DNA of 63,224 nt, filler included, from Collodictyon triciliatum (GCA_043381765.1; 50 parts of 50 records of this genome joined end to end with filler, not necessarily neighbours in it); one strand, 5' to 3'. Counted from the whole stretch's first letter, positions 1-13,114 are shown. Made by a program: numbers and translations. The notes: generated from the sequence alone by a model not told the origin.

Positions 1-61
1 GATAATGATAATGATAATGATAATGATAATGATAATGATAATGATAATGATAATGATAATG

Positions 62-98
<37 letters not shown>
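1..98. repeat. (GATAAT)n microsatellite grading into (AAT)n; representative of the many contig-terminal microsatellites
   Basis: Direct reading. Confidence 0.97.
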
Positions 99-99
<1 letters not shown>

Positions 100-349
100 T
101 TCGTTTCGTTTCGTTTCGACGGTTTATTGAGAGAAAACAAAGCCGAGGTTACCACCTTCACCTCAAGGATAAAATGAGCTGTTGAAGAGACTGTGGAAAC
201 CCCCGGATAGCTTGCTTGAACTTTTTGTGTTTCGGGATGAAAAGAAAGAAAAATAAGTAAAAAGGAGATATATTGCTCATACCTGCAGATTATTCTATCC
301 AAAGTGTTCAAACTACCACGCGATTTCTGATTGTGTTCGAGACTGACAA

Positions 350-460
350 GAGAGCGGATAAAGGTAGCGGGTCGATGAAAGTACGCAAATGGCAATTACT
401 TCTAAAGTCGATTCCGACGAGTACTTTCAACCATCTATCTCAGATAGCCTTGTTCTTGAT
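350..460 (-). repeat. Degenerate copy of a dispersed coding-like repeat shared with 59015-59105
   Basis: Minus strand reads KAI*DRWLKVLVGIDFRSNCHLRTFIDP, versus NLVWDRLSKGLVGIDLRSNCNARTFIDP* at ~59020-59105 plus. Confidence 0.7.
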
Positions 461-1172
461 CTAAACGACTTGCTTGACCGTTGAAAAACATTGTTCGCTC
501 AGACAAATCTGCAGGCGGCTTCCTTGCATGGGTCTTTCTGGACTTGCGTGTAACTCAGGGTTTCTCAGCATCCATGTTGGAACTAGAAGAACTGGATGCA
601 ATATGGGAAACCTTCGACGGGTCGCGGCCCTTTTTTTATCCATCAAGCGCGGGAGGCTGAATTGAAAAACAAGCCTAGTTGCTAAGTTTGCTATATTATT
701 TTTTCCTTTATTTGATTCAAAGTGTCGCCTGATTTGAAAAAAAAAAGTCGAGACCTACCATTCGAAATTGACGCAGGAACCCATCTGCTTCAAGATTAAC
801 CTATTGAATACAAATTAATGCCTTGTTTAGTTTACCCACGCTATGACACCCCGAAAAGTTAACACCGCGTAATCCAATCTTTTGATGAGGAGGAATCAGG
901 ATGTGAAGATTGAAATCGAAAATGAATGTGATACGTAGGAGTTAAATCACTGTAAGCTTTTTTTTGAATCTTTTAACATGATATGTATGAATTATCTCAT
1001 AATGAATTGTGGGTTATTACAAAGACAACTGCGGAGTTGCGAAGTTCTGGGTACGATAAATAATCCTTTGTTTTCTTTTTTCTTTTTCTTTTTCTTTTTC
1101 TTTTTCTTTTTCTTTTTCTTTTTCTTTTTCTTTTTCTTTTTCTTTTTCTTTTTCTTTTTCTTTTTCTTTTTC

Positions 1173-1272
1173 NNNNNNNNNNNNNNNNNNNNNNNNNNNN
1201 NNNNNNNNNNNNNNNNTTAATTAATTAANNNNNNNNNNNNNNNNNNNNNNNNNNNNNNNNNNNNNNNNNNNN
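1173..1272. other. Artificial contig spacer (44 N + TTAATTAATTAA + 44 N); first of 49 such spacers, the last at 61965-62064
   Basis: Identical 100-nt structure recurs every ~1.26-1.27 kb; TTAATTAATTAA gives stops in all six frames. Confidence 0.99.
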
Positions 1273-1346
<74 letters not shown>

Positions 1347-1595
1347 TCCTTCAAAAAAACTGAAAGCAATAAAAACTAAATGGTTTTGTTCGTTCATCGG
1401 GTAAATAATAAGGTATAGTCGATATTCTCCATTTTATGTTTCATATAGATACATCGACCCAAAGATATGATTTTAAAATGCGATAATAGCAACACCAGAA
1501 TTCAGCAATCTGACATAGTATCCTGGATACAAAGACACAGTCTGGACAATAATCTTCTTCTTTTAATTAGAAAGACATCTCTTCTGATTGCTCAC

Positions 1596-2076
1596 CCTCT
1601 TGAAAACATCCAGAGAATTTCTTTCCTGATGCCCAGGTGAACGTGCCCTCCCCGTGACTTTGGTCGTCCTTCCAGTTACCAACATACGTGTCCCCGTTAC
1701 GAAAAACGAATCTTCCAAGTCCCTAAAGCGCGCATAAGGCGATAAACACAGAGTTGAAAGAGGCCAAGTTGTTCTTTTGGTTCTCTTCATTTAAAGGTTT
1801 ATCAACCTTAATTGTGGTATTGACCATGAAAATGAAAGGGTTAGGGTTGAAAGAAAATAAATAAAAGGGTGATGAGACAGCACTTCAGAGATTTACTATT
1901 TTTATTTTTACAAAGATTAGTAAATAAATTACACAGCGAAGATCATCGCTAAACTCTCCGTCGTATTCATGCCCATCTGCAAACTTGTATACTCCGCGCC
2001 CGTGAGGTTTTTTTTCGCTGTTGACTTCACCGACGTACACATCGCCATTCGGAAGTAAAAGGCGTGCTCTTTCCAT
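1596..2076 (-). CDS. MORN-repeat protein, first two exons (partial)
   Basis: Spliced translation PNGDVYVGEV..HGRGVYKFADGHEYDGEFSDDLRC|GLGRFVFRNGDTYVGNWKDDQSHGEGTFTWASGKKFSGCF matches the MORN consensus (GxxYxGxW/FxxxxxxGxG). Confidence 0.9.
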
Positions 2077-2600
2077 GACAGTTTGACAGTTTGGCAGTTT
2101 GTTGTCCTCCTTTGTCTCTTATTTTTCTCTTCTCTCTCTCTGTCTCCCTCTTTTTTTTCTCTCGCTGAGTTGGCGCTAGTTGATTTTAAGGACAAACAGG
2201 GCCACGAATGACCCGATTTATGTGTGACTGTGTCACGACGCCGATTATTATTTATTCATTTAGTTGTAAAGCGCTTCATTTCTAAATTTTCTTTTGTTGT
2301 TTTTATTCTTATTTTTGTTACTTTTGTTACTTTTGTTTTTTGTTTTTTTTGTTTTTGTTTTTGTTTTTGTTTTGTTTTTTGTTTTTTGTTTTTTGTTTTT
2401 TGTTTTTTGTTTTTTGTTTTTTGTTTTTTGTTTTTTGTTTTTTTNNNNNNNNNNNNNNNNNNNNNNNNNNNNNNNNNNNNNNNNNNNNTTAATTAATTAA
2501 NNNNNNNNNNNNNNNNNNNNNNNNNNNNNNNNNNNNNNNNNNNNTTTTTTTTTTTTTTTTTTTTTTTTTCTTCCTTTTTTTTTTTTTTTTTATGATACAG

Positions 2601-3715
2601 CTCGTGGGCGAACTTGACATACACGAGAAATACTGGCCTTGGAGAACAGAGGAATGTCCAGCGAAGAAAAAAATTATTCCTCACTCAAAGAAAAAAGTAT
2701 TGTTAAGCTCTTTTGCTCGATTTTTCGAATATTTGATCAAATGAATGAGTCAAATTGAGTGATGTAATCTTTCTTTAATATTCAAATCATATCAGCTTCA
2801 CCGTTTCATATCCATCGAACTCTCAGAAACTTATACTGACTTGCATCTCGATTCTGGTGGTGCCTCTGTAATTTTATCCATCCATTTTTGCTCATTTTTG
2901 TAAAAAAAATAAAAATAATAATCATAATAATAAATAAATAAATTTTTTGTTACATTAATAACCTCACAAGATAGTTATGAAACCATTTTATTTGCAGCTA
3001 TGGTGCCATGTCCTAAGAGGAGAAAAGTGGTTCTTGGTACTTCCACCAACTAAAGAAAACATAGAGTCATACAAGAAATGGTACCTCGCAGGCTCACTTA
3101 TGGATTCTAAAGCTGCTTTTCAAAGAAGTCGTTTGAAGTACCTTTATTTTGAAAAAAAATTAACCATTTGCAACGAATTCAATACATTGTAAAGAATAGA
3201 AATGAAATGAGTAGTTCCAGCTAAAATTGACGGGTTATTCTTACATAGGTATTTCCGGTTGAGACAGGGAGAGACTTTATTTTTGCCAGGAGGTTGGATG
3301 CATGCGTCATACACCCCCGTAGATACTGTTAGTATTGGCGGAAATTTCATGCACACGTACGACTTTGAAACAACTGTCAGAGCAATAGAGCTTGAGCGCA
3401 AAATTAATCCAAGAGGGTCATTTCATTTCATCGAGGTTGGTTTCATAGAATACATATGTGGTACTTTTGTGACAAAAACAAATTATAATACTGTATTCAT
3501 GTACTTTCCTACATCCATTTTCACTTTGAATATACCATATTATATGGTCAATAGGAGATGCTCTTCCATGCAATCGGACAATTACTTTTGGAAACTCAGC
3601 TCGGTGTGCGGAAACTCACTGTTGATGAGTTCTATAGCATGGATATATTTATTGACTATTTGGAGCGTACTTGGAGGGATAATACCAATAACGAAGTGAC
3701 CAGGGAGCTTGTTTT
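2601..3715 (+). CDS. JmjC histone demethylase-like protein (KDM2/KDM7/JHD1 type), multi-exon, partial
   Basis: Exons give LVGELDIHEKYWPW.., TYTDLHLDSGGAS, LWCHVLRGEKWFLVLPPTKEN, LRQGETLFLPGGWMHASYTPVDTVSIGGNFMH; Fe(II) ligands HxD...H are present. Confidence 0.88.
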
Positions 3716-6153
3716 NNNNNNNNNNNNNNNNNNNNNNNNNNNNNNNNNNNNNNNNNNNNTTAATTAATTAANNNNNNNNNNNNNNNNNNNNNNNNNNNNN
3801 NNNNNNNNNNNNNNNATAAATAAAACGTTAGACGTAAAATAATTTTAATTTAATCGATGAGGTTCAGTATACTAGAGCGCGTAAGCAAAGCTCTGAGGCA
3901 TTTTTCAAAATAATCCAAATGTTTCATTTTAAGACATGGTGTTTGATGCTGTCCGCGATTCATTCGCAAATATTCCAGCCAACTTCAATAATTTAAGCTA
4001 GTGGCAATTTATGATCGAGCCAATCATGTTTATTTCGTTGAAAAAAAACATAAATCATATAGTATAATTCTTATGGTTAGTCAGTCAAAATTCATTTCAT
4101 TTTAACTTAGTATGCTTGTCATATTCCAATGTAAGAAGATTTCAATTATCCATCAAAAAATTGAATTAAACATTTCATCGTGATGAATGTGATACACACA
4201 CAAAAATGACAATATCAATGTCTAAAAAATTCGATTGAAAAAAATCATAATTAACTACAGCAATACAAACTTAATATACTCTTACCTTCCTTTCAAATCA
4301 ATTTGACCAATTTCAACAAACATCGTTCAGTAGTATTGATGTAATTAATTTAATAATAATTACACATATACCTCTGTAAATGAGATTATCCTTTTAAATC
4401 ATTTAATATTAAAAACATATTCTTAAAGTGTGGTGATTTTGAAATTTACCAACAAAGCTTGCCATTTGCATTTTCGAAAATTTAACAAGGAGAAATGAAA
4501 TGAATATACACATTTTTTTTTGATATCGCATTCTTGGCACAGAAAATCAATAACCTAAGAAATAATGCATTATTTATCGATATTTTATTACCAGAATATA
4601 GTTTTATATATTAGTTTTAATTAGAAATTTCCGCAAAATGAATTGAAAAATATTCCAGTCTTAAATTTTTGGATCAATAAGAGCCCTAACATTTTCGATT
4701 TAACAGTTTGAATATGTTCATATTTTAAAAAAAAGGGATATTTTGTGTTATTTAAGTACCTACTGAATATCAAAGCATGGCTGATATTAAACATGAATTA
4801 AATATTAGCCAAAATGAAGGTTTATATGACTGATGATATAATTTTAAATAAAGAGCTAATTTTAAAATTATAGAAAAATAGAAGTGATGTCCAGCATTTC
4901 AAGCATCTTGATACAGAGAACCTTTATTGGTGAGATATCTTTCTCCCTTTGAATTTTTAATTTTGATTATAATATACTCACAAAAANNNNNNNNNNNNNN
5001 NNNNNNNNNNNNNNNNNNNNNNNNNNNNNNTTAATTAATTAANNNNNNNNNNNNNNNNNNNNNNNNNNNNNNNNNNNNNNNNNNNNTTTTTTTTTTTTTT
5101 TTTGTTTTTTGTTTTTTGTTTTTTGTTTTTTGTTTTTTGTTTTTTGTTTTTTGTTTTTTGTTTTTTGTTTTTTGTTTTTTGTTTGTTTTTTGCACTTAAT
5201 ATAGTTGAATCAAGGCCCGTGCTTGTGCCTTAAATGGTTAGGGCTAGGGTTTGGAAGTAAACTGTACATGAGTTTTGCTATGTGCGCGTATATATTGTGT
5301 TATAGTACATCAGTTTTCCTTGAATCGAATGTAGGAATAGGAAATCAGTTTTACAAAAGAAATTTGCATATTTCTGGGCGTAACAGGTATACTTAAACCA
5401 AAGATGCAATTTAGGAGAGACCAACGTGGTTCATTGCTAAGTGATAAAGTGGTTTTCATTTTGCAAGAGGCAAACTAATATCGAAGAATATTTCATTCTT
5501 TGACTTGTAACCCAATTATAAAGAATTATATACTACGCCTAGTAATAGTTTTTGATATAATTTTAATGACCTAACTACAGTTACTTTTTACATACGCTAA
5601 AGAGAGAAGATGTATTTTTTTTTTGATAAAAAGAGATCTTATTTTTACAGCGAACATATATGGCGAGTAAATATTTAACGGTTTACGGGACTGCATCTGA
5701 CAGCAAACAAAGAGAAATGTGGGAATGTGTCGTGCGATATCTCCCATAGCACATCCAACCCCTGCTACCCACGCAACCAATCAACCAGTTGGGTCGCTCA
5801 CCTGACCAGCTCGCTATCACTGATTTCTCTCCAATGCTAGCCTCTCCACGGTAGTGTCTTCTTCTACTCGCGTTTGCTCTCTCCCATGCGCTCCCATCCC
5901 ACTCCCTTGTATGGCATAAACTCGCTGCACTTTGAATGAATAAAGGAAAAAATGTAAGTATTTTCTTTAGAATTGTCAGATTATTTGTTCGTAATTTTAA
6001 TGGACGGTTTCAAGGAACCAAATATTAATAGATTGTTTTATTCTTCTTGGTAAGACCCGTTGCATCTCCTCATACAATCTAATCACAGTCTCATCCCCAT
6101 TTGCTTAAAAGCGAAAATTGGCGGATGGATGGTTATTTTAGAGAGTGAGAGTG

Positions 6154-6257
<104 letters not shown>

Positions 6258-6734
6258 NNNNNNNNNNNNNNNNNNNNNNNNNNNNNNNNNNNNNNNNNNN
6301 NTTAATTAATTAANNNNNNNNNNNNNNNNNNNNNNNNNNNNNNNNNNNNNNNNNNNNAAAGAGAAAAAGAGAAAAAGAGAAAAAGAGAAAAAGAGAAAAA
6401 GAGAAAAAGAGAAAAAGAGAAAAAGAGAAAAAGAGAAAAAGAGAAAAAGAGAAAGAAAAAATTACAGCATGGATTCGATAAGGCGAGAACAACTCTATCT
6501 CCGGTCTACCCGTACAGTTTTGCATGAAAACTACTCAGCCAATTATTTCAGTTTATTTCTTCCATTCCTTTATGGGTCTGTGTATTTCTACTTTCGCTTT
6601 GTAAAATTAGGGAATTTCATGTACGGATGTAAAAACAGAAAATCCTGACTTTATTGTGTATATTATCGAAGACGCAAATATTCAATTTAGCATATCTTTT
6701 GCATTTTCCATCGCAAACCTAGATCCATTGCAGT

Positions 6735-7528
6735 ATAATATGGTCAACAAAATAAAGTCCACAATTGCCTCTTGGAAAAGATTCCATCTGTCAGACATCA
6801 GAAAAGCGAGGCTATGGAACAAACTCATGCTATCGAATCTCATCCACAACATGAAGGGCTCTCACCTGCCACAAAAGCATCTCGACAGACTGGAGAGTAA
6901 ATGCTGCACCTTCATCACAACAAATAAACAAAAATACAAAATAAAAACACTGATTAAGCCATCCACAGAAGGAGGCGTTGGACTCATCACACCCAAAACC
7001 GCATGGATATCACTGACCATGAAGTGGTGGACGGACATGTTCATGCATCCGAAAGGGTTTTGGCTAATTGGGATGTGGAAACTCATCACCAAAATGTTTG
7101 CAGACTTCAAAACACAGTTGCAACAAAGTATCAATACCACAACCACCTCCAAACGCACCTGAGCCTTTGCTCTCGCGTTGGCAGATTCTGTATAATCACT
7201 GCGAAATGACAATACCCCTGAACGAGCCATTAGCAGCAGGACAAATATGCTGGGACAACCGGAAAGGCTTCTGCATCACCAAACAGGTTCACGAAGGCAA
7301 CACAGCCACCATCATAGAAATCTCATTCAAAGAAGACGGCTCGTACATCACAACGCCAGGCTCCACCGCATTCCGCACACAAGATACACAGCCAACCACA
7401 GCCGTCCTGAATAACAAAGGAAAATGGCACTCACGCAGACCAATCTCATACGACATCCCGTCGCCATTCTTTTTCCGCCTCAAGAACGAACGCTCGTCTA
7501 ACGGTGCGCAGTCTACTCAGTTCTCGAT
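6735..7528 (+). mobile_element. L1/Tx1-like non-LTR retrotransposon ORF2 fragment (post-RT region), frameshifted near 7140
   Basis: WKRFHLSDIRKARLWNKLMLSNLIHNM..LP..LIKPSTEGGVGL..WISLTMKWW matches the LS..G+..L..S...LP....P..EGGLG...KW pattern of L1/Tx1 ORF2; homologous to 45069-45558. Confidence 0.85.
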
Positions 7529-7628
7529 NNNNNNNNNNNNNNNNNNNNNNNNNNNNNNNNNNNNNNNNNNNNTTAATTAATTAANNNNNNNNNNNNNNNN
7601 NNNNNNNNNNNNNNNNNNNNNNNNNNNN

Positions 7629-8798
7629 AACTAGTGTTATATCCGGAAGTAGCGATAAAACAATAAAAATTACCAACATATCTGATGGAAGATTAATTAG
7701 AACATTAAGTGGACACACTGGAATTGTAACGAGTCTTGCTTTAACTCCTGACAATTCAAAAATTATATCCGGAGGTGCTGACAAAACAATCAAAGTTTGG
7801 AATTTTATCGATGGAACACTAGTCCAAGATATAAAAGTTCACACTGATTCTGTGAACTGCGTTTTAATCACATCAGATGCAACAAAAATTGTTTCTTCAA
7901 GCAGCGACAAATCAATCAAAATAACAAGCATTTTAGATGGGAGCTTAATTCGCACACTCAATGGGCATACTGGAATCGTTAAGACAGCTTCTATTTCTTC
8001 AGATGGCTCAAAAATTATTTCTGGAGGCAGTGATAATACAATTAGAATTTGGAATTTTTCACCTGGAGTGACAATACATATCATGAATGAGCATGGAGTT
8101 ACAGTTAATGGAATTTCAGTTCTCTCAGATGGCTCCAGATTTTTGTCAGGAAGCGATGACACAACAATCAAATTGTGGAACTTTCCTGATTTCAGCTTGA
8201 TTTTGACTGTTTCAGGCCACACAAGTACAGTGAATAGCGTTTATTTAAGCCCAGATAAAACTAAAATTTTGTCAGGAGGCAGTGATAATACAATTAGAAT
8301 CTGGAATTATGCCGATGGTTCTCAAGTGCTTTCAATAAATGCACATACAAGTGCTGTGAATAGTGTAGTTGTTTCGGCTGATGGAACAAAAATAGTCTCA
8401 GGAAGCAGTGATAGCACAATAAAAATGTGGAATTTCTCTGATGCTTTATTATTGAGAACATTCAACGGTCATACTGCAGCTGTTAGAAGCGTAGCTATAT
8501 CATCAGATAGTTCAACAGTAGCATCAGGAAGTGATGATATGAATGTTAATGTTTGGAGAGTTTCAGATGGAATTTTAACTCGTACCTTATCAGGACATAC
8601 CAAAGGAGTGAATTATGTTTTCATCACTCCAGATAACGCAAAAATTATCTCAGGCAGTGCTGATTTTTCAATAAAATTATGGAATTTGTCAGATGGAATA
8701 TTACTCAGAACCATAACAGGTCACGGAAATGCTGTCAGGTGTGTCATTACCTCTCCAGATGGAACAAGAATCCTCTCTGGAAGCAGCGATAACACAAT
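7629..8798 (+). CDS. WD40-repeat protein (~9 repeats), intronless, open at both contig ends
   Basis: Repeated GH(T)..V..V..S.DG.KI(I/V)SGS.D.TIK(I/L)WN units; the frame is open upstream of the annotated ORF start. Confidence 0.95.
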
Positions 8799-8898
8799 NN
8801 NNNNNNNNNNNNNNNNNNNNNNNNNNNNNNNNNNNNNNNNNNTTAATTAATTAANNNNNNNNNNNNNNNNNNNNNNNNNNNNNNNNNNNNNNNNNNNN

Positions 8899-9170
8899 TT
8901 AACCATGGATTCTGCCTCCCTTTCGTTCGCCACAGAGCAGTTGTTTGTTACCAGCTCGAGGGTTGCACGGTCAAAGTCTCGTTTCTTCCACACATCGGCG
9001 TAGAAGTTTTGGATATTAGTTTTGCCAATCTCTTCAGGTGGCAGCGGTTCATTCTCGTCTGACTCTGGCAGTGGAGGGCAGAGCGTCATTTCTTTTTCTT
9101 TGCCGAGTCCGAAGAACCATCAGTCGATTTGCTCGTAGTACCTGATGTGCCGTGATTCCAATTTCTGCCC
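8899..9170 (-). mobile_element. Inverted LINE ORF2 fragment (endonuclease-RT linker region) with a premature stop
   Basis: YYEQID*WFFGLGKEKE..EEIGKTNIQNFYADVWKK resembles the xFF..K...EI....FYxxL linker of L1-type ORF2. Confidence 0.6.
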
Positions 9171-9199
9171 TAAAAATCATGATTCTCCTCGACCTCGTC

Positions 9200-9877
9200 G
9201 GGAACAACTCATAGAGCCCGACTCGAGTGTGGAGGTCGAAAGCGAAAGCTGGAGACAAACACAATCGAATGCACAAGAATCGAGTACACAACTCAATCAA
9301 CGCTCCTTGGCAACACAGATACGCCGATCAAAGAGAGCCCAGGAGCTGAACCTGTACGGAGCCGGCTGTTACTTCCGCATTCGAGGTAAGCACAAACTGC
9401 CCCAGAACCACGAAGCCTGCAACCAAGCGAAGAAAGAACTCGCCCAAGTCCTTAAACAACTCGAGTGGTACGAGGAGAATGTCATCATGCAACTGTACAA
9501 TCAACCCCAAGGTTACACAGTAGCCTTCCCGCACCAAGAAAACGCCGCAGAGTTTGTCAAGGCAGGACAGTTTAAACTACTCAACCGCTCTTTCCGCCCA
9601 TACCAAGAAAGGACACCTCTCCATTCCGCTATCATCGGCGATATCCCCCCAGGCTTCACCAAGGCAGACATTGAAGAGGCCTGCAAAGTATTATTTTCGC
9701 CTACCGTAGTTTACTACGAAGCTGTAGACGGCATCTGGACTAATGACGTGCTGGTCAAGTTCCAGGCATCAGAACTGTCCAAAGTGTTAAAAAAAGAAAA
9801 TAAACTTGCAAGGTTTCTCCGTCCCCTTCATACTCCTCCCCGAACGAAAGGAGAAGCCACAACACGATACCAAACAT
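9200..9877 (+). mobile_element. LINE ORF1 fragment (subfamily alpha)
   Basis: YTVAFPHQENAAEFVKAGQFKLLN..SAIIGDIPPGFTKADIEEAC.. is an RRM-like Tx1/L1 ORF1 pattern; ~93% identical by eye to 43880-44294 minus. Confidence 0.75.
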
Positions 9878-10068
9878 GACCATTTTGAAAAGTCTAAATA
9901 AATTGAAGGAAAGAGGAGCAACAGCCGTCGGCGGAAAAATTAACTATGACGAGACAGATGGAATTCTGTTTGGGTTTCAGGATGGACTTATGTTTCCAGG
10001 AAACATTGTGTGGAAGTCACCGTCACATCCACTCAAGTATCTTGGTATCATATTCGGTCCACAATCGG
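9878..10068 (+). mobile_element. LINE reverse transcriptase C-terminal fragment (motif 7 region)
   Basis: GGKINYDETDGILFG....PLKYLGIIFG matches the G.kiN..Kt......KYLG motif. Confidence 0.75.
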
Positions 10069-10478
10069 NNNNNNNNNNNNNNNNNNNNNNNNNNNNNNNN
10101 NNNNNNNNNNNNTTAATTAATTAANNNNNNNNNNNNNNNNNNNNNNNNNNNNNNNNNNNNNNNNNNNNAAAAAGAAAAAAAGAAAAAAAGAAAAAAAGAA
10201 AAAAAGAAAAAAAGAAAAAAAGAAAAAAAGAAAAAAAGAAAAAAAGAAAAAAAGAAAAAGAAAAAAGGAAAAAAGGAAAAAAAGAAAAAAAAGGAAAAAA
10301 AGAAAAAAAAGGAAAAAAAGGAAAAAGGAAAAAGAAAAAAAGAAAAAAAGAAAAAAGAAAAAAGAAAAAAGAAAAAAGAAAAAAAGAAAAAAGAAAAAAA
10401 AGAGAAAAAAAGAAAAAGAGAAGAATCATATATGATACAAACACAAACCATCCCACCCAGTGATATAGTAAACTCTTG

Positions 10479-11060
10479 CATAATCCCGTATCATAATCCC
10501 ATAGCATAATCCCATACCATAATTCCGTAGCATAATCCCGTGTCATAATCCCGTGGCATAATCCCGTGGCATAATCCCGTATCATATCTCGTAGTGTCAT
10601 AATCTCGTGGCATAATCCTGTGGTGGCATAATCCAGTATCATAATCCCATATCATAATCCCATATCATAATCCCATATCATAATCCAGTATCATAATCCC
10701 ATGCCATAACCCCGTAGTATCATAATCCTGTATCATAATCCCGTGGCATAATCCCGTATCATATCTCGTAGTGTCATAATCTCGTGGAATAATCCCGTGG
10801 CATAATCCCGTGTCATAATCCCGTGGCATAATCCCGTGGCATAATCCCGTGGCATAATCCCGTGGCATAATCCCGTGTATAATCCCGTGTATAATCCCGT
10901 GTCATAATCCCGTGTCATAATCCCGTGGCATAATCCCGTGGCATAATCTCGTGCCATAATCCTGTATCATAATCCCGTGGCATAATTCCGTGTCATAATC
11001 CCGTAGCATAATCCAGTATCATAATCCCGTGTATAATCCCGTGGCATAATCCCGTAGCAT
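10479..11060. repeat. Degenerate 12-13 bp minisatellite, consensus CATAATCCCGTGG
   Basis: Direct reading; variants include CATAATCCCGTAT, CATAATCCCATAT, CATAATCCCGTGT and TATAATCCCGTG. Confidence 0.95.
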
Positions 11061-11663
11061 GTCTCATCAGGAGCTGTTACATGGACATATTTATAAAAAA
11101 AAAGTTCAGTACATCTTAAACTCCATTTTCTTTTCTACTTTTTTTTTTGATTTTTTCACCTTTCAGTTTTCTATTTCGTTATTTTCTCCTTTTGATTTTT
11201 GATTTCCCTTTCTTCACGCAACTCATTTTGCCTCTTGAGTTTTGCAAGAGCCCTTTTTCTCTCCCTCGCTTCTTTCCCCGTTTATCGTACTCCTCATTTA
11301 ACGGCTTCTCTGTTCCTCATTTTTCTTCATTTTTTTTTTTTTTNNNNNNNNNNNNNNNNNNNNNNNNNNNNNNNNNNNNNNNNNNNNTTAATTAATTAAN
11401 NNNNNNNNNNNNNNNNNNNNNNNNNNNNNNNNNNNNNNNNNNNTCTTTTTTCTTATTCTTTTTTCTTATTCTTTTTTCTTATTCTTTTTTCTTATTCTTT
11501 TTTCTTATTCTTTTTTCTTATTCTTTTTTCTTATTCTTTTTTTATTCTTTTTCTTATTCTTTTTTTAACTTATATCAGAACTTAATTGTGAGAGTTACAA
11601 AAGAGAACTGAGTTATGTAGCGGTTTTTTAAAAGGAAATGCAACTTTCTGCTTGCAAACTCAC

Positions 11664-11736
11664 CAAGACTTGTTTTACCACTGTCGACGTGGCCGAGTAT
11701 GCCCACGTTCACATTCACAATCCTGCCGTCGCTCAT
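11664..11736 (-). CDS. EEFSEC: Selenocysteine-specific elongation factor (eEFSec/SelB), first coding exon
   Basis: ATG at 11736 gives MSDGRIVNVNVGILGHVDSGKTSL followed by a GTGAGT donor; matches the eEFSec N-terminus (VNVNVGVLGHIDSGKT). Confidence 0.8.
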
Positions 11737-13114
11737 TGTGTCTACCTTGGCGATGATCTTCTATGTAACTTTTTGTCTGAGTTTTTGGGGGTGGTGTTTT
11801 TTTTTTTATTTTGGAGTGCGCGGGCGGCTTTTGGTTTGATTCCTGATTTTGATTCTTCTCTATGATTTTGATGTGGGTTTTGCAGCATTTCTTGCAATTT
11901 TTTTTTTTTTTGTTTTTGTTTTTGTTTGTTTGTTTTTTTCTTGTTGCACTATTCACATTTCTCTTGATATATTATTAACACCGATTGGCAAGGGCAGTTA
12001 AGCTTGAAAAGCGGGCGGATAAAATGTGCATGGCATTTTCATTTTCTTTATTCTTCCTTACATTTTGTGCAAGCTAGTGGATGACATTATTAATAGAAAA
12101 AAGGTTGTGTGTTTCAGCAAGATATTCAAGAAGCTGTGTTGCATGAGGTTTTCCAGCCTGGATACATCGATTTCTCGTTCAGTCGAGGCACTGTAGCGAG
12201 AGAACGCACGCATAGCCCATTAGCACCGCAGTATATATCCCCTTGCGACTGACCAGAGTATTCTAGAGCTGCGGGTTATATGGTGTAGAGAATGAACAGA
12301 ATCTCAACTGGATGACAGCACCCCATAAACCAGGTGAGGTTGACCAGAATGCAATGAGAAGTAAGTTTCATTTTCATGCTTAAGAAATACAGAACCCCTG
12401 CCTCCCGGAGGCAAAAAGGAATAAAGCGGCTGGCGCAGTGATGCCCATGCTTGAAGATATAAAAATTGCATCTTCGGATATATGAATCGAATAAAGGGTA
12501 AGAAATCCTCTTGCACCTTCGGTTCTGTCATGCCCTTCTCGCCTTCAACCCCTCAAGCACAAAACCGCGCGAGCAAATTCAGGGAAAATAACTAGATGCA
12601 GTTTAAAAAAATCNNNNNNNNNNNNNNNNNNNNNNNNNNNNNNNNNNNNNNNNNNNNTTAATTAATTAANNNNNNNNNNNNNNNNNNNNNNNNNNNNNNN
12701 NNNNNNNNNNNNNGTAAATAGTAGCGCTCTACTTGATAACTCAAAAACCTTCGAACAGTTCAACAAAAACTTTCTCCATTTCCATGGGGTCTCCGCGCAG
12801 GCTGGTGTATGTCCCAGAGGCGTAGTTCCCCACATAACTCAACATGATGAGATAATCAGCATCCGAAATCAGTCCAAGGCTCGACTTAATATATCGTTAG
12901 ATATATTCATCGATAGCAAGCTTTCTACTTTTTTTTTCTTCATGACAAACCCAGACACTATTTGATGTAGATAAAATTTTTTTGGAGAAAACGCTCTGAG
13001 TTCCAAGCATCATCATGGTTTTGGAGCGCTTTTATGATGTTGTATGGTGACACTAGGTCGAAACCCTTCAAGAAGAAGAAAAAAGAAAGAAAGAAAGAGA
13101 GGTAGAAAGAGAGC

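Noticed and set aside
978-1220. Numerous poly-F, poly-K, SE, LCFM, YLSI and similar ORFs in the track
   Set aside because: These are translations of microsatellites running into N spacers, not genes
9364-9790. RIP-like or methylation-driven hypermutation of LINE copies
   Set aside because: Differences from the 43880-44294 copy include many transversions, and CpG sites are largely retained
10479-11060. CRISPR array or coding repeat (RDYATGLCHGIM ORFs)
   Set aside because: No unique spacers; the unit length of 12-13 breaks frame; eukaryotic context
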